Shown one piece after another: positions 16,034 to 24,238 of a stretch of DNA of 32,000 nucleotides. A program made the position numbers and the translations under genes. The notes beneath the pieces were generated by a model. That model made no database searches, was not told where the DNA came from, and saw only the letters and a list, made by a program, of their open reading frames with translations. The stretch is taken from assembly GCF_900187275.1 (NCBI RefSeq), contig NZ_LT906458.1, positions 630,001-662,000 of the forward strand, given 5' to 3'. The DNA is from Pasteurella multocida. Its GTDB lineage: Bacteria; Pseudomonadota; Gammaproteobacteria; Enterobacterales; Pasteurellaceae. Position 1 is the first letter of the stretch. Each line of letters starts with the position of its first letter.

Positions 16034-17026
16034 ATGGCATACGAAACAGGCACCGCGCAAAATGAGCGCGATTTACTCGATAAAATCAACACGTTTTTAA
16101 CCACAAATGAAGAGCTAGTACGTGACGGACAGGCGTGGACAATGTTGTTTGAACGAACGTTAGATGCCACGCCTGTGCGAAAACCTATTCGTCAAATCGC
16201 ATGGAAATCAACCGGCACCGGCGTTGAGCAAGATATTTATCTGTGTGCATCGACTGACAATTTGATTGCAGAAGATACGTTTAACATTAATTTTTGGGGC
16301 GGTACATTCTTTAATAGCCAATTTGTCACCGCAACGGAAATTGAGCGCGGCATGATAAACGCCTCGCCCGGCGTTGTGCTCTTTGCTGACGACCGTCCGG
16401 TTGAATATCACATCGTCGCATCAGGTCGCTGTTGCAAGATTATTACACGTATTTCGCAAGTGTGCTCAAGCGCTTACCTCGGCTTTATTTTGCCAACAGT
16501 GCCGCCAACGGAATATCCGTATCCGCTTTGTGTGGCAGGCTCTGCCCCGTTAGTGGACATAAATAAAAATAGAAGTTTGACGCGCTATTCACAAAATAAC
16601 CACTTTGTCTCTTCTATTGTTGATCCACGCTATGGTAATTGCTGGCTAATGACACCTGACCAGGCGTGGCGCGATTTTTTCGGTTCTCGCTATGAAAATA
16701 TCACATCGGATTCAGCAAAACAGCGTTTATTCCCGACGTGCAATTATCGCCGTGATTGGCATGAAGTCCCTTATTCACAAGACAGACTTGGTGCGGCACC
16801 GGGTGAGATTTACCCATTAATTCCCGTTGAATTTATTAGTATGCCAGATTCAAGTCAGGGACTAAATCGCTGGGGAACAATGGACGGCGTGTACTGGGTG
16901 CCGGGGTTACAGCGTGCGGCAGGTGATGTCATTGAAAGTGAAACCGAAAACTTTAGAGGAATTGTATTTAACGGCACATTTCGTGTGTCTGTGCGTGATT
17001 TTTTTGTAATTGAAACGGGGGCATAA
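16034..17026 (+). CDS. Tail-tip protein of unknown family (paralogue A)
   Basis: This 330-aa protein lies immediately after the TMP. Its N-terminus MAYETGTAQNERDLLDKINTF is shared with the next gene. Confidence 0.6.
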   Translation: MAYETGTAQNERDLLDKINTFLTTNEELVRDGQAWTMLFERTLDATPVRKPIRQIAWKSTGTGVEQDIYLCASTDNLIAEDTFNINFWGGTFFNSQFVTATEIERGMINASPGVVLFADDRPVEYHIVASGRCCKIITRISQVCSSAYLGFILPTVPPTEYPYPLCVAGSAPLVDINKNRSLTRYSQNNHFVSSIVDPRYGNCWLMTPDQAWRDFFGSRYENITSDSAKQRLFPTCNYRRDWHEVPYSQDRLGAAPGEIYPLIPVEFISMPDSSQGLNRWGTMDGVYWVPGLQRAAGDVIESETENFRGIVFNGTFRVSVRDFFVIETGA

Positions 17027-17027
17027 A

Positions 17028-17990
17028 ATGGCTTATCAGACAGGTACAGCAACTTCAGTTGTAATCTTGCTTGAAAAATTAAAAGACTTTGCACAATCTC
17101 AAAATTGGACAATTCACAAACATACTGCAACACAATTATTTCTTAAAAATAACGAAGGCTACTGGGCGTTAGAATTTAAAGATAAGTTACTTTTTACGAT
17201 TGCGTGCACTGGATTTGACGATAGTCGCGATGTATTCAATCAGCCAGGTAGTTCCGCAAACCCACAATCTGCATTTCAACAAGTCAAAACAGCAACATCG
17301 CATTTAGAAAATGGCAACTTTGTGACGTATGATTTTTTCGGCACAAGCCAGTATTTACACGTGGTTGTTCAGATTGGAGCTGAGCGTTTTCGACACTTTG
17401 GTATCGGTACGCTAGATAAGGAGGGTGTGTACACAGGCGGTCAATATGCTTTTGGCACTTATATGCAAAAAGGTTATGAGCGATATAACAGCTACGATCA
17501 TAATTTTGGTTTCTCCGCAGGTGCTAAGAGTTTTTTACCTGTTTTGCGTGCAGATGGCTTGGCGGGTGAGACGAAAAGCCCATGGTATTTTTGTCCATTT
17601 GATGCCTGGGTAAAAGATATTGCCGAAAAAGATTTTGGCAAAGCATTGTTGACGCTCGGTCGAGCGGCGATGTACACAACAGATAGAACATCACATCCAG
17701 ATTTAAAATTGGTCGATTGGAGTCAATCAAAATTTGGACAAATGCTCATTCCCTGCCCTCATAGCTTAATTGCGCATTGCAAAGACGGCGTGTTACGTCG
17801 TTTAGGTATATTACCAGATAGATATGAATGCACGATGAACGGTATCGCACCGCGTCAAATCTTAACAATGCTTGGTGAACGTTGGATGATAGTGCCGAGT
17901 GCACAATATGATCATAGAATTAAATATGACTTAGAAAGTGGATTAGATAATTCAGGCGTGCAAGGCGTCGCATATCGTATTGTTGAGTGA
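17028..17990 (+). CDS. Tail-tip protein of unknown family (paralogue B)
   Basis: I moved the start to the ATG at 17028 (MAYQTGTATSVVILLEKLKDF), 1 nt after the upstream stop. It aligns with the N-terminus of paralogue A and is 320 aa. Confidence 0.6.
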   Translation: MAYQTGTATSVVILLEKLKDFAQSQNWTIHKHTATQLFLKNNEGYWALEFKDKLLFTIACTGFDDSRDVFNQPGSSANPQSAFQQVKTATSHLENGNFVTYDFFGTSQYLHVVVQIGAERFRHFGIGTLDKEGVYTGGQYAFGTYMQKGYERYNSYDHNFGFSAGAKSFLPVLRADGLAGETKSPWYFCPFDAWVKDIAEKDFGKALLTLGRAAMYTTDRTSHPDLKLVDWSQSKFGQMLIPCPHSLIAHCKDGVLRRLGILPDRYECTMNGIAPRQILTMLGERWMIVPSAQYDHRIKYDLESGLDNSGVQGVAYRIVE

Positions 17991-17997
17991 GTAGAAG

Positions 17998-19677
17998 ATG
18001 GCAACAATTAAAGGGTATAAAGTCACACATCAAGGCACGGGTTATGGCAGTTTTCTAGTCGGACTGACAACATATCGCGCGGCAACACAGCGTATTATCA
18101 AGTCAAAGGCTGTTCAATATGGTACAAAAGGTGCGACAGTTAAGCAAAACTTAACAAAATCAACAAAAGCATACATTGTGCCAAATTACTATAAAACACT
18201 TTATAGCCGCGTCTATGTCATCCCGCATATCGTCAATCTTGGCTCTATTTCAATTGAACAAATCTTTAATGTGCAAGTCTGGAATGCAAATCGCCACGCG
18301 GTGAACTTAACATCTCTTCAGACACGTGACGCAGAAGGGATTGAGTTTAACGGTGCTGCAGCACCGCTTAAATTTCACTCGCTCGCGTTGAAAAAATGGA
18401 CGGTTAAAGTGTCAATGAACGGTCCCGCAGTGATTGATGCGCGCGCTTCGTGGCACTTTGTCAATCACTCGCCCGTCACGCTTAATATTACAGGTTCTCG
18501 CTCAACTGAATGGTCGTTTTTCCCAGATTGGAGCGAAAATATCATCGAAAACTTGCATTTTTTAACGACAGTACATCAGTCAATTACAGGTGCCGAGCAA
18601 CGCATTGCAAAACGGTTATCTCCACGCCGCACATTTGAGTTTAAAGTCACGAAAGAAGGTGTTAACCGTCAAATATTTGAAAACATGCTCTATGCGTATG
18701 GCTCGCGCATCTGGTCTATGCCGATTTTTACCGATTGTGCAACGCTGTTACAACACGTTGAGCCAGGCGACCTTGAAATCAATATCAAGACTCAAGGCTA
18801 TGATTTTAGCCCTGGCGGTCGCGTATTATTGATGAACGGGAAAACTAAAGAGATGCTCGAGATTGTTGGGCTTGAAACAGAAAAACTGATTTTAAAACGC
18901 CCGACAGTGAATCATTTTGATATTTATACTGCGGTTTATCCTCTACGTGCTGCAGTATTGACTGATATGCCGACACTCACTCGATTAAGTGATGGTGTCT
19001 CGAGCGCACAAGTACGCTTACAAGTGCATGAACACAACGCGTACTCTGATGATATCACGCACTTGCCGACATACCGCAATCACCCAGTTTTAGAACCGAC
19101 AAGCGAATGGTCAGAAGATGTCACCGCACAATATTTGCGCTTGATTCAGACGCTTGATAACGAAACGGGACTGCCGTTTTATCTTGATACGGCACGCAAA
19201 GCGTTTCAAATCACAAGTCATCGCTTTGTGCTAGCGAATCGTGAAGAACAGCGCAAATTACGTCAGCTGTTCTACTATCTACGTGGCAGACAGCGCGCAA
19301 TTTGGGTTGCCACCTCGGCAACAGATATCACGCTGAAATCAGACATTTCTACTAAGACGTTTGATATCTATTTCATACACTACACCGCGATTTTGAAAAA
19401 TCAAGTCGGTCGTCAAGATATTCGTATCGAGTGCACAGACGGCAGTGTGCACTATCGCAGAATCGTCACATCATCAGTCGTTGACGAGCAAACAGAGCGA
19501 CTCTCATTTGATGGTGAAGAGTTAAGAATTAAGCAAGAAGAGATAGCAAAAATATCCTTTCTCACGCTCTCTCGACTTGAAAGCGACCAGGTGACATGGA
19601 CACATCACACCGATGCAGACGGTGTCGCAACAGTGACCGTGAGTTTCCGTGGGTTACGTGATGAACTAGAGGTTTAA
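17998..19677 (+). CDS. Distal tail protein with a DUF2460 (GTA gp12)-like core
   Basis: The segment ..FFPDW..FLTTVHQSITGAEQRIAKRLSPRRTFEF..IWSMPIF.. resembles the F-P..T..sG-x-EQR...PRR motif of the GTA gp12/TIGR02217 family. It lies upstream of the gp13-like gene. Confidence 0.55.
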   Translation: MATIKGYKVTHQGTGYGSFLVGLTTYRAATQRIIKSKAVQYGTKGATVKQNLTKSTKAYIVPNYYKTLYSRVYVIPHIVNLGSISIEQIFNVQVWNANRHAVNLTSLQTRDAEGIEFNGAAAPLKFHSLALKKWTVKVSMNGPAVIDARASWHFVNHSPVTLNITGSRSTEWSFFPDWSENIIENLHFLTTVHQSITGAEQRIAKRLSPRRTFEFKVTKEGVNRQIFENMLYAYGSRIWSMPIFTDCATLLQHVEPGDLEINIKTQGYDFSPGGRVLLMNGKTKEMLEIVGLETEKLILKRPTVNHFDIYTAVYPLRAAVLTDMPTLTRLSDGVSSAQVRLQVHEHNAYSDDITHLPTYRNHPVLEPTSEWSEDVTAQYLRLIQTLDNETGLPFYLDTARKAFQITSHRFVLANREEQRKLRQLFYYLRGRQRAIWVATSATDITLKSDISTKTFDIYFIHYTAILKNQVGRQDIRIECTDGSVHYRRIVTSSVVDEQTERLSFDGEELRIKQEEIAKISFLTLSRLESDQVTWTHHTDADGVATVTVSFRGLRDELEV

Positions 19678-19690
19678 AAGAGGTTTAAAG

Positions 19691-20500
19691 ATGAGTTTTT
19701 TAGACAAAGAGCACTCTATCGCAGACGGACAGCCTGTCACGCTGTATCAGTTCATCCGCGGCGATAACGAAAAAATCTGGCGGTTTTGTGACGCAGATAA
19801 AGACATCGTGGTTAATAACGAAAAGTGGACCGCCATTGCCATCTCGGACACCGGGCGTCGCACGGGTGAAAATATCAATATCACACTACCGAGTAATAAC
19901 CCTGTGGCACTGCTTTATCGCGGTATGCCGCCAAGCCAAACCGTGAAAGTCATGGTTATGCGTTTGCATTATGAGCAACAAGAAATGCGCGTGGTGTGGG
20001 TGGGCACAATCATTGAAGCAAAACGTCCTGATGTGCATAAAACGCAACTTATCTCGGCTGGGCTTTCAGCCACGATGGACAGCGCAGGACTGCGCCTTAC
20101 TTGGGGGCGCAACTGCCCATATACATTGTATGACCAAGACTGCCAGTTAAATCCGAAAAACTTCGCAGTGGCAGGGCTTACGATTAGTGCGATGGACGGT
20201 GTGATGATTGTAGTCAATGTGCCCGATGATTTGCCGGAAGGCTGGTTTAATGCCGGTTTTATTGAGTGGATTGACAGTGACGGGGTGCGTGAAGTGCGCG
20301 CGGTTAAAACACATAAAAACAACCAGCTCACACTACTTGGTGGCACACAGAAACTCTCTGTCGGCACAGTGATTAAAGCGTATCCCGGTTGCGATGGTAG
20401 ACCTGTTACTTGTTTGAAAAAGTTTAACAATATGCTCAATTTTGGCGGCGTCCCGCACATGCCGAATAAATCCCCGTACGACGGTTCAAGAGTATTTTAA
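19691..20500 (+). CDS. Tail-tip protein, DUF2163 + phage BR0599 C-terminal domain (GTA gp13-like)
   Basis: The C-terminus ..AYPGCDGRPVTCLKKFNNMLNFGGVPHMPNKSPY.. matches the BR0599 signature (GCD..tC..kF.N..NF.G.P..P). The N-terminus reads ..TLYQFIRGDN..RFCDADKDIV... Confidence 0.8.
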   Translation: MSFLDKEHSIADGQPVTLYQFIRGDNEKIWRFCDADKDIVVNNEKWTAIAISDTGRRTGENINITLPSNNPVALLYRGMPPSQTVKVMVMRLHYEQQEMRVVWVGTIIEAKRPDVHKTQLISAGLSATMDSAGLRLTWGRNCPYTLYDQDCQLNPKNFAVAGLTISAMDGVMIVVNVPDDLPEGWFNAGFIEWIDSDGVREVRAVKTHKNNQLTLLGGTQKLSVGTVIKAYPGCDGRPVTCLKKFNNMLNFGGVPHMPNKSPYDGSRVF

Positions 20501-20516
20501 ATAAGAGGAGGTTGAT

Positions 20517-20768
20517 ATGTTTGCAGCAATTGGTTGGGCGATTGTTCGTGCGGTAGCCGTCATGGCAATCAGTTATTTAGTCAACACCGCACTCGCTCCA
20601 CGTCCGCGCACGGGGCAAAGCATCGAGGCAGTATCAAGCGAGGAATGGAACTTCCCGCAAGTGGATGAAGGTATTCCGCAATGCGTGTTTTTCGGTGATT
20701 GCTGGACAGAAGACTGGCAAGTATTAGCTTACGGTAACTACCGTTCAAGCCCGATTAAGAAGGGGTAA
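20517..20768 (+). CDS. Tail assembly protein resembling the lambda gpI C-terminal module (equivalent to the N-terminal module of GTA gp15)
   Basis: It has a hydrophobic N-terminus (AAIGWAIVRAVAVMAISYLV) followed by ..EGIPQCVFFGDCWTEDWQVLAYG... This is comparable to the P-V-P-x-x-Y-G-x-x-x-x-G segment at the end of lambda I and the start of GTA gp15. Confidence 0.5.
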   Translation: MFAAIGWAIVRAVAVMAISYLVNTALAPRPRTGQSIEAVSSEEWNFPQVDEGIPQCVFFGDCWTEDWQVLAYGNYRSSPIKKG

Positions 20769-20771
20769 ATA

Positions 20772-20972
20772 ATGGAAAAGTTGATCATTACAATGCAAGA
20801 CATGCGTCGCGTCGGTTTTTGTGCATCGGGCGTGGAAACATTTTTTAAACGCGAAAACTTAGATTTTAACGACTTTTTACAAAACGGCATTGAGGCACAG
20901 ACACTATTAAATACAGGCAGTGTGTTTGCCCGTAAATGTGTGGCAGAAGCTGAAAAAGCAAGAGGTGAATAA
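20772..20972 (+). CDS. 66-aa protein of unknown function inserted between the I-like and J-like genes
   Basis: The ATG lies 3 nt after the upstream stop, and a TAATG overlap links it to the J-like start, so it is translationally coupled on both sides. No motif was recognised. Confidence 0.5.
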   Translation: MEKLIITMQDMRRVGFCASGVETFFKRENLDFNDFLQNGIEAQTLLNTGSVFARKCVAEAEKARGE

Positions 20973-23761
20973 TGGGTGGTAAAAGACGTGGCGGCGGTCC
21001 GGTTACAGTTGGCTACAGATACTATTGGGATATTCAATCGGGCATTGGGCGCGGACCGGTGGATGAAATTGTGGAAATCCGTGTAGATGATAAAACCGCG
21101 TATGTAGGCACGCCTGGTGAGCTGACACAATCGAAAGCTATCTATATAGACAAGCCTAACCTTTTTGGTGGCGAGGCGACTGGCGGTGAAGGCGGCATTC
21201 AGGGAAGAATGGAAATTTTAATGGGTGACCCGGACCAAAAGCCGACACAAATGCTGATCAATTTACTGAAAAATGTACACAATCCTCCGCTTAATTCGGC
21301 ATTAAGTGGAAAAGGACGTAAAAAAAGAACAAGGCAGCAACAAGTCGAGCAAAGCACCTTTTTCTCAAACGGTGATATTAGCGCAGGTAATGTCAGTCCC
21401 GAGGATGTGATTCCAGGCTTTCGTGGCACCGTCACAACCGTATTTAGCGGACTTATCAGTTGCTATAACGCGTATCCGAAAAAGCACAGTTACCGCGTTC
21501 GTCGCACGCACAAGTGGGGCGCGGTTGCACCATGGTATCCGGAAAAAGCCCGGATTTTACTGCGTAATGACAATTTGAAGATTTCAGGCTTAACACCAGA
21601 GCAAGAAGAAAACGTGCGTCAGATTCACGCCATGAATCCTGCGCATATTTTGGTTGAGTGTGCAACAAACAAGAGCTGGGGCGGGAAAAAAGACATTACG
21701 GAATTGGATATAGAAAGCTATAAGAAAGCGGCAGATACACTCTTCAAGGAAGGCTTTGGGCTGTGTATTCGCTATAATCGTCAGGGCTCAGTTAAAGAGT
21801 TCGTGCAACAAATTATCGACCACATCGGTGCGGTGCAATACGAAGATGTTAAAACGGGGAAATACGCCGTTAAACTCATTCGTAACGACTATAAAGTCGA
21901 TGAGTTGCACACCTTTAACTACGACAACGGCATTTTACGCGTGCAAGACGATGACAATGCGGCAACAGATAATGCGGCTAATCAAGTGGTGGTGAAATAC
22001 CTCGACCCGGTGACGAATCGTGAAGATAAAGCCATTGCTAATAACATCGCGTCAGTGCGTATGCATGGTGTGATTACAAAAACCGTGGAATACAAAGGTA
22101 TTCCCACGTTTGATTTAGCCGCACGTGTTGCACAGCGCGATTTAGAGATTGTGGCAAGTAGTTTGACGCGGCTTAAAATCGTCTTTGACATGCGTGCGAG
22201 TGAACTCACACACGGCGATGTATTTAAAGTGAGTCTTCCCGACCGCGGCATTGAAAGCGCGGTATTTCGTGTGAGTCACATCGAAAACGGCAACGAAGGT
22301 GAGTTTATTGTCACCTGCATGCAAGATGTCTTTGGCTTGCCTGCGGCAAACTATTCAACTCAAAAAGCCGACTCGCTTTACACGCCACCAGATTATAGTG
22401 CTAAACCCATTACTCACAGCCACGTGTTTGAAATCCCTTATCATGTTTTTCCACTTGTGTTTAGTGATGCAGAGCTTGCCTTTATTAAACCAACGGATTG
22501 CTTTATCGCGGCAATGGCAGATGCACCGACACCACTATCCATTGGTTTTGAGATTTTAACTGATGCAGGCGCAGGTTTTAATGACACAGGTGAAGGCGAT
22601 TTTACGCCATCGGTGTTGCTATCTGACGATATTAATAAATATCAAACGCACTTTAAATTTAATGAAAGCACGCACAGCTATGCGTTGAAAAACGCGGTTG
22701 CGCTGATGATTGATGATGAAATCGTGAAAATTGAATCAGTGGATTTAAAAACGCGGACAATTAATGTAGGACGAGGTTGTGCGGATACGGTCCCGCAAGC
22801 ACACAGCGCAGGTGCTAGAGCGTGGTGCTATTTGCTCGCAAGTGGCGAAGACAACACGAAATACACGGTCAATGAACAGTTAAACGTCAAACTTTTAACT
22901 AAAACAGCACAAGAAACACTCGCAGAAGATGACGCCGAGGTGCTTACAATTACGACACAGCAACGTCAAGCGCGTCCTTACCCGCCAGGCAACGTAAAAG
23001 TAGATGGTGCGTTTATTAATAATATTGCAGATAGTTCAGCATTTATCATCAGCTGGGCGCATCGTGACCGCGATGTACAAGCGGATAATCTGATTTCACA
23101 CACAGAAGACAGCACGATTTTGGGTGATGGCGTCAGTTATGAAATCGCATTATTGAATGATGACACCGTTTTGCGCACTATCTCGACAACAGATAGCCAG
23201 TTTAGCTATCCGGACCCGCAAAAAGTGGTGGGCGAAGAGTTTAATAAAATGACGCTTTGCTCGGTAAAAAACGGCTTAAAAAGCTTGTTTAACTATACTT
23301 TCAGCGTTGCGGGCGCCATGCAACTATTATATGGCTGGAACTACGCAGAGGAGTTCACGCAAGGTGAGTCGCTTATTTATCACTATAACGATAGTGATAT
23401 GCCCGGCGGAAAATACATCATGCTTTCATCAAATGCAGATCAGCATTCTGCGATTTATAAATCGTTTGCTGTTGATTCAAGCGTGTACAAGCGTTTTGCA
23501 CTCTCATATAAAGTCGGCACATATGATAAGCGAAATGGGCTTTGTGTTGTTTCAGTGCAACTTTATCGCGGTGATGAGTTTGTGTCAGCGTTTGTGTCAG
23601 AACAGCTTGGCGAATTTGACACAACAGAATGGCGAGTCAAGCAAGTTGAAGGTGAATTACCGGAAGGTGTCACAGAAATCAGGTTCAAAATCAACGTAAT
23701 CGGCACAATAAGAAATAATGCGATTGCATTTAAAGATATTGTTGTGAAGGGAGGTGAATAG
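20972..23761 (+). CDS. Central tail fibre / host-specificity protein (lambda J / GTA gp15-like)
   Basis: The N-terminus MGGKRRGGG..YRYYWDIQSGIGRGPVDEIVEIRVDDK parallels lambda J (MGKGSSKG...ISEGPIEGPVDG). A central segment (..NPAHILVECATNKSWGG..) resembles the J core. The product is 929 aa and is the last structural gene. Confidence 0.8.
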   Translation: MGGKRRGGGPVTVGYRYYWDIQSGIGRGPVDEIVEIRVDDKTAYVGTPGELTQSKAIYIDKPNLFGGEATGGEGGIQGRMEILMGDPDQKPTQMLINLLKNVHNPPLNSALSGKGRKKRTRQQQVEQSTFFSNGDISAGNVSPEDVIPGFRGTVTTVFSGLISCYNAYPKKHSYRVRRTHKWGAVAPWYPEKARILLRNDNLKISGLTPEQEENVRQIHAMNPAHILVECATNKSWGGKKDITELDIESYKKAADTLFKEGFGLCIRYNRQGSVKEFVQQIIDHIGAVQYEDVKTGKYAVKLIRNDYKVDELHTFNYDNGILRVQDDDNAATDNAANQVVVKYLDPVTNREDKAIANNIASVRMHGVITKTVEYKGIPTFDLAARVAQRDLEIVASSLTRLKIVFDMRASELTHGDVFKVSLPDRGIESAVFRVSHIENGNEGEFIVTCMQDVFGLPAANYSTQKADSLYTPPDYSAKPITHSHVFEIPYHVFPLVFSDAELAFIKPTDCFIAAMADAPTPLSIGFEILTDAGAGFNDTGEGDFTPSVLLSDDINKYQTHFKFNESTHSYALKNAVALMIDDEIVKIESVDLKTRTINVGRGCADTVPQAHSAGARAWCYLLASGEDNTKYTVNEQLNVKLLTKTAQETLAEDDAEVLTITTQQRQARPYPPGNVKVDGAFINNIADSSAFIISWAHRDRDVQADNLISHTEDSTILGDGVSYEIALLNDDTVLRTISTTDSQFSYPDPQKVVGEEFNKMTLCSVKNGLKSLFNYTFSVAGAMQLLYGWNYAEEFTQGESLIYHYNDSDMPGGKYIMLSSNADQHSAIYKSFAVDSSVYKRFALSYKVGTYDKRNGLCVVSVQLYRGDEFVSAFVSEQLGEFDTTEWRVKQVEGELPEGVTEIRFKINVIGTIRNNAIAFKDIVVKGGE

Positions 23762-23826
23762 GAAAAGAAGACGAAATCAAACATCTAATAAGCACACATT
23801 AACTTTAATAAAAATAAGGAGCAAAT

Positions 23827-24087
23827 ATGAAGAATAAATTAACGCTAGAAGATATCAAATCTGTCATTGTTAAAGCCGAATATCATCGTTTAACAGATAA
23901 GCTAACCACTTGCGTGTTAACACTAAAAAATGGTTATACAGTGACGGGAGAAAGTGCTTGTGTTGACTCTTCAAATTATGTCAAAGAAATCGGTGAGAAA
24001 ATCGCATACGACAATGCAGTAAGTAAGGTTTGGACTTTAGAAGGTTATTTATTGCAACAAAAGTTATTTGAAAATCAAAACAGTTAA
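23827..24087 (+). CDS. Gp49-like small protein (N4 gp49 / Sf6 gp66 family), function unknown
   Basis: AAGGAG lies upstream. The pattern ..TTCVLTLKNGYTVTGESACVDSSNYVKEIGEKIAYDNAVSKVWTLEGYLL.. fits my recollection of that family (T-x-C-x-L-x-L-x-N-G-x-x-V-x-G-x-S-A-C...G-x-x-I-A...A...W-x-L-E-G-Y). Confidence 0.55.
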   Translation: MKNKLTLEDIKSVIVKAEYHRLTDKLTTCVLTLKNGYTVTGESACVDSSNYVKEIGEKIAYDNAVSKVWTLEGYLLQQKLFENQNS

Positions 24088-24096
24088 ACACGGGTA

Positions 24097-24124
24097 GCGA
24101 GCACACTTTGCGCAGCGTGCTCGC
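24097..24124 (+). other. GC-rich hairpin in the leader upstream of the methyltransferase gene
   Basis: The stem is GCGAGCAC (24097-24104) paired with GTGCTCGC (24117-24124), with a 12-nt loop and no T-run. Confidence 0.4.
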
Positions 24125-24163
24125 CTTATCACCCACAGAACGCACCTGTAGGCAATAACTATT

Positions 24164-24212
24164 GCTAGACCCGCGGTCTCAGCCAAGACATGTAAAGTCT
24201 AGCGCATTTTTT
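24164..24212 (+). terminator. Terminator-like compound hairpin with a T6 run, ending 27 nt upstream of the methyltransferase start codon
   Basis: The outer stem is GCTAGAC (24164-24170) paired with GTCTAGC (24197-24203). The inner stem is GTCT (24176-24179) paired with AGAC (24186-24189). An alternative pairing is AGACC/GGTCT (24167-24179). The structure is followed by GCATTTTTT (T-run 24207-24212). Confidence 0.45.
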
Positions 24213-24238
24213 CAGTATGTGAAAGAGGCTTACAGTAT

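Noticed and set aside
17010-17027. Longer N-terminal extensions given in the ORF track (17010 for tip paralogue B, 28469 for mukE, 1711 for the gp27-like gene, 1397, 5379 and 10989)
   Set aside because: Downstream ATGs (17028, 28511, 1729, 1412, 5394, 11007) have better SD spacing and abut the preceding stop. They also match the conserved N-termini of the family or paralogue. The extensions are most likely just open upstream sequence.
19969-20460. 163-aa ORF antisense to the gp13-like gene, and similar antisense or alternate-frame ORFs at 14341-14724, 20738-21130, 5152-5475, 9597-9917, 21982-22251, 30395-30664 and 31211-31543
   Set aside because: All lie entirely within well-supported genes on the other strand. 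Their products are S/P/T/C/R-rich and low-complexity, as expected for antisense frames. None has an SD-like sequence or a recognisable motif.
23307-23699. 130-aa alternate-frame + strand ORF within the 3' end of the J-like gene
   Set aside because: It has no ribosome-binding site and a Cys/Ile/Leu-rich nonsense-like composition. The J frame continues with a coherent beta-rich domain through this region.
24088-24238. GC-richer structured spacer considered as a tRNA, a retron msr/msd or another ncRNA gene
   Set aside because: No T-loop (GTTCRANYC) or cloverleaf can be drawn. There is no reverse transcriptase ORF anywhere in the window. It is retained only as a possible cis-regulatory leader or terminator.
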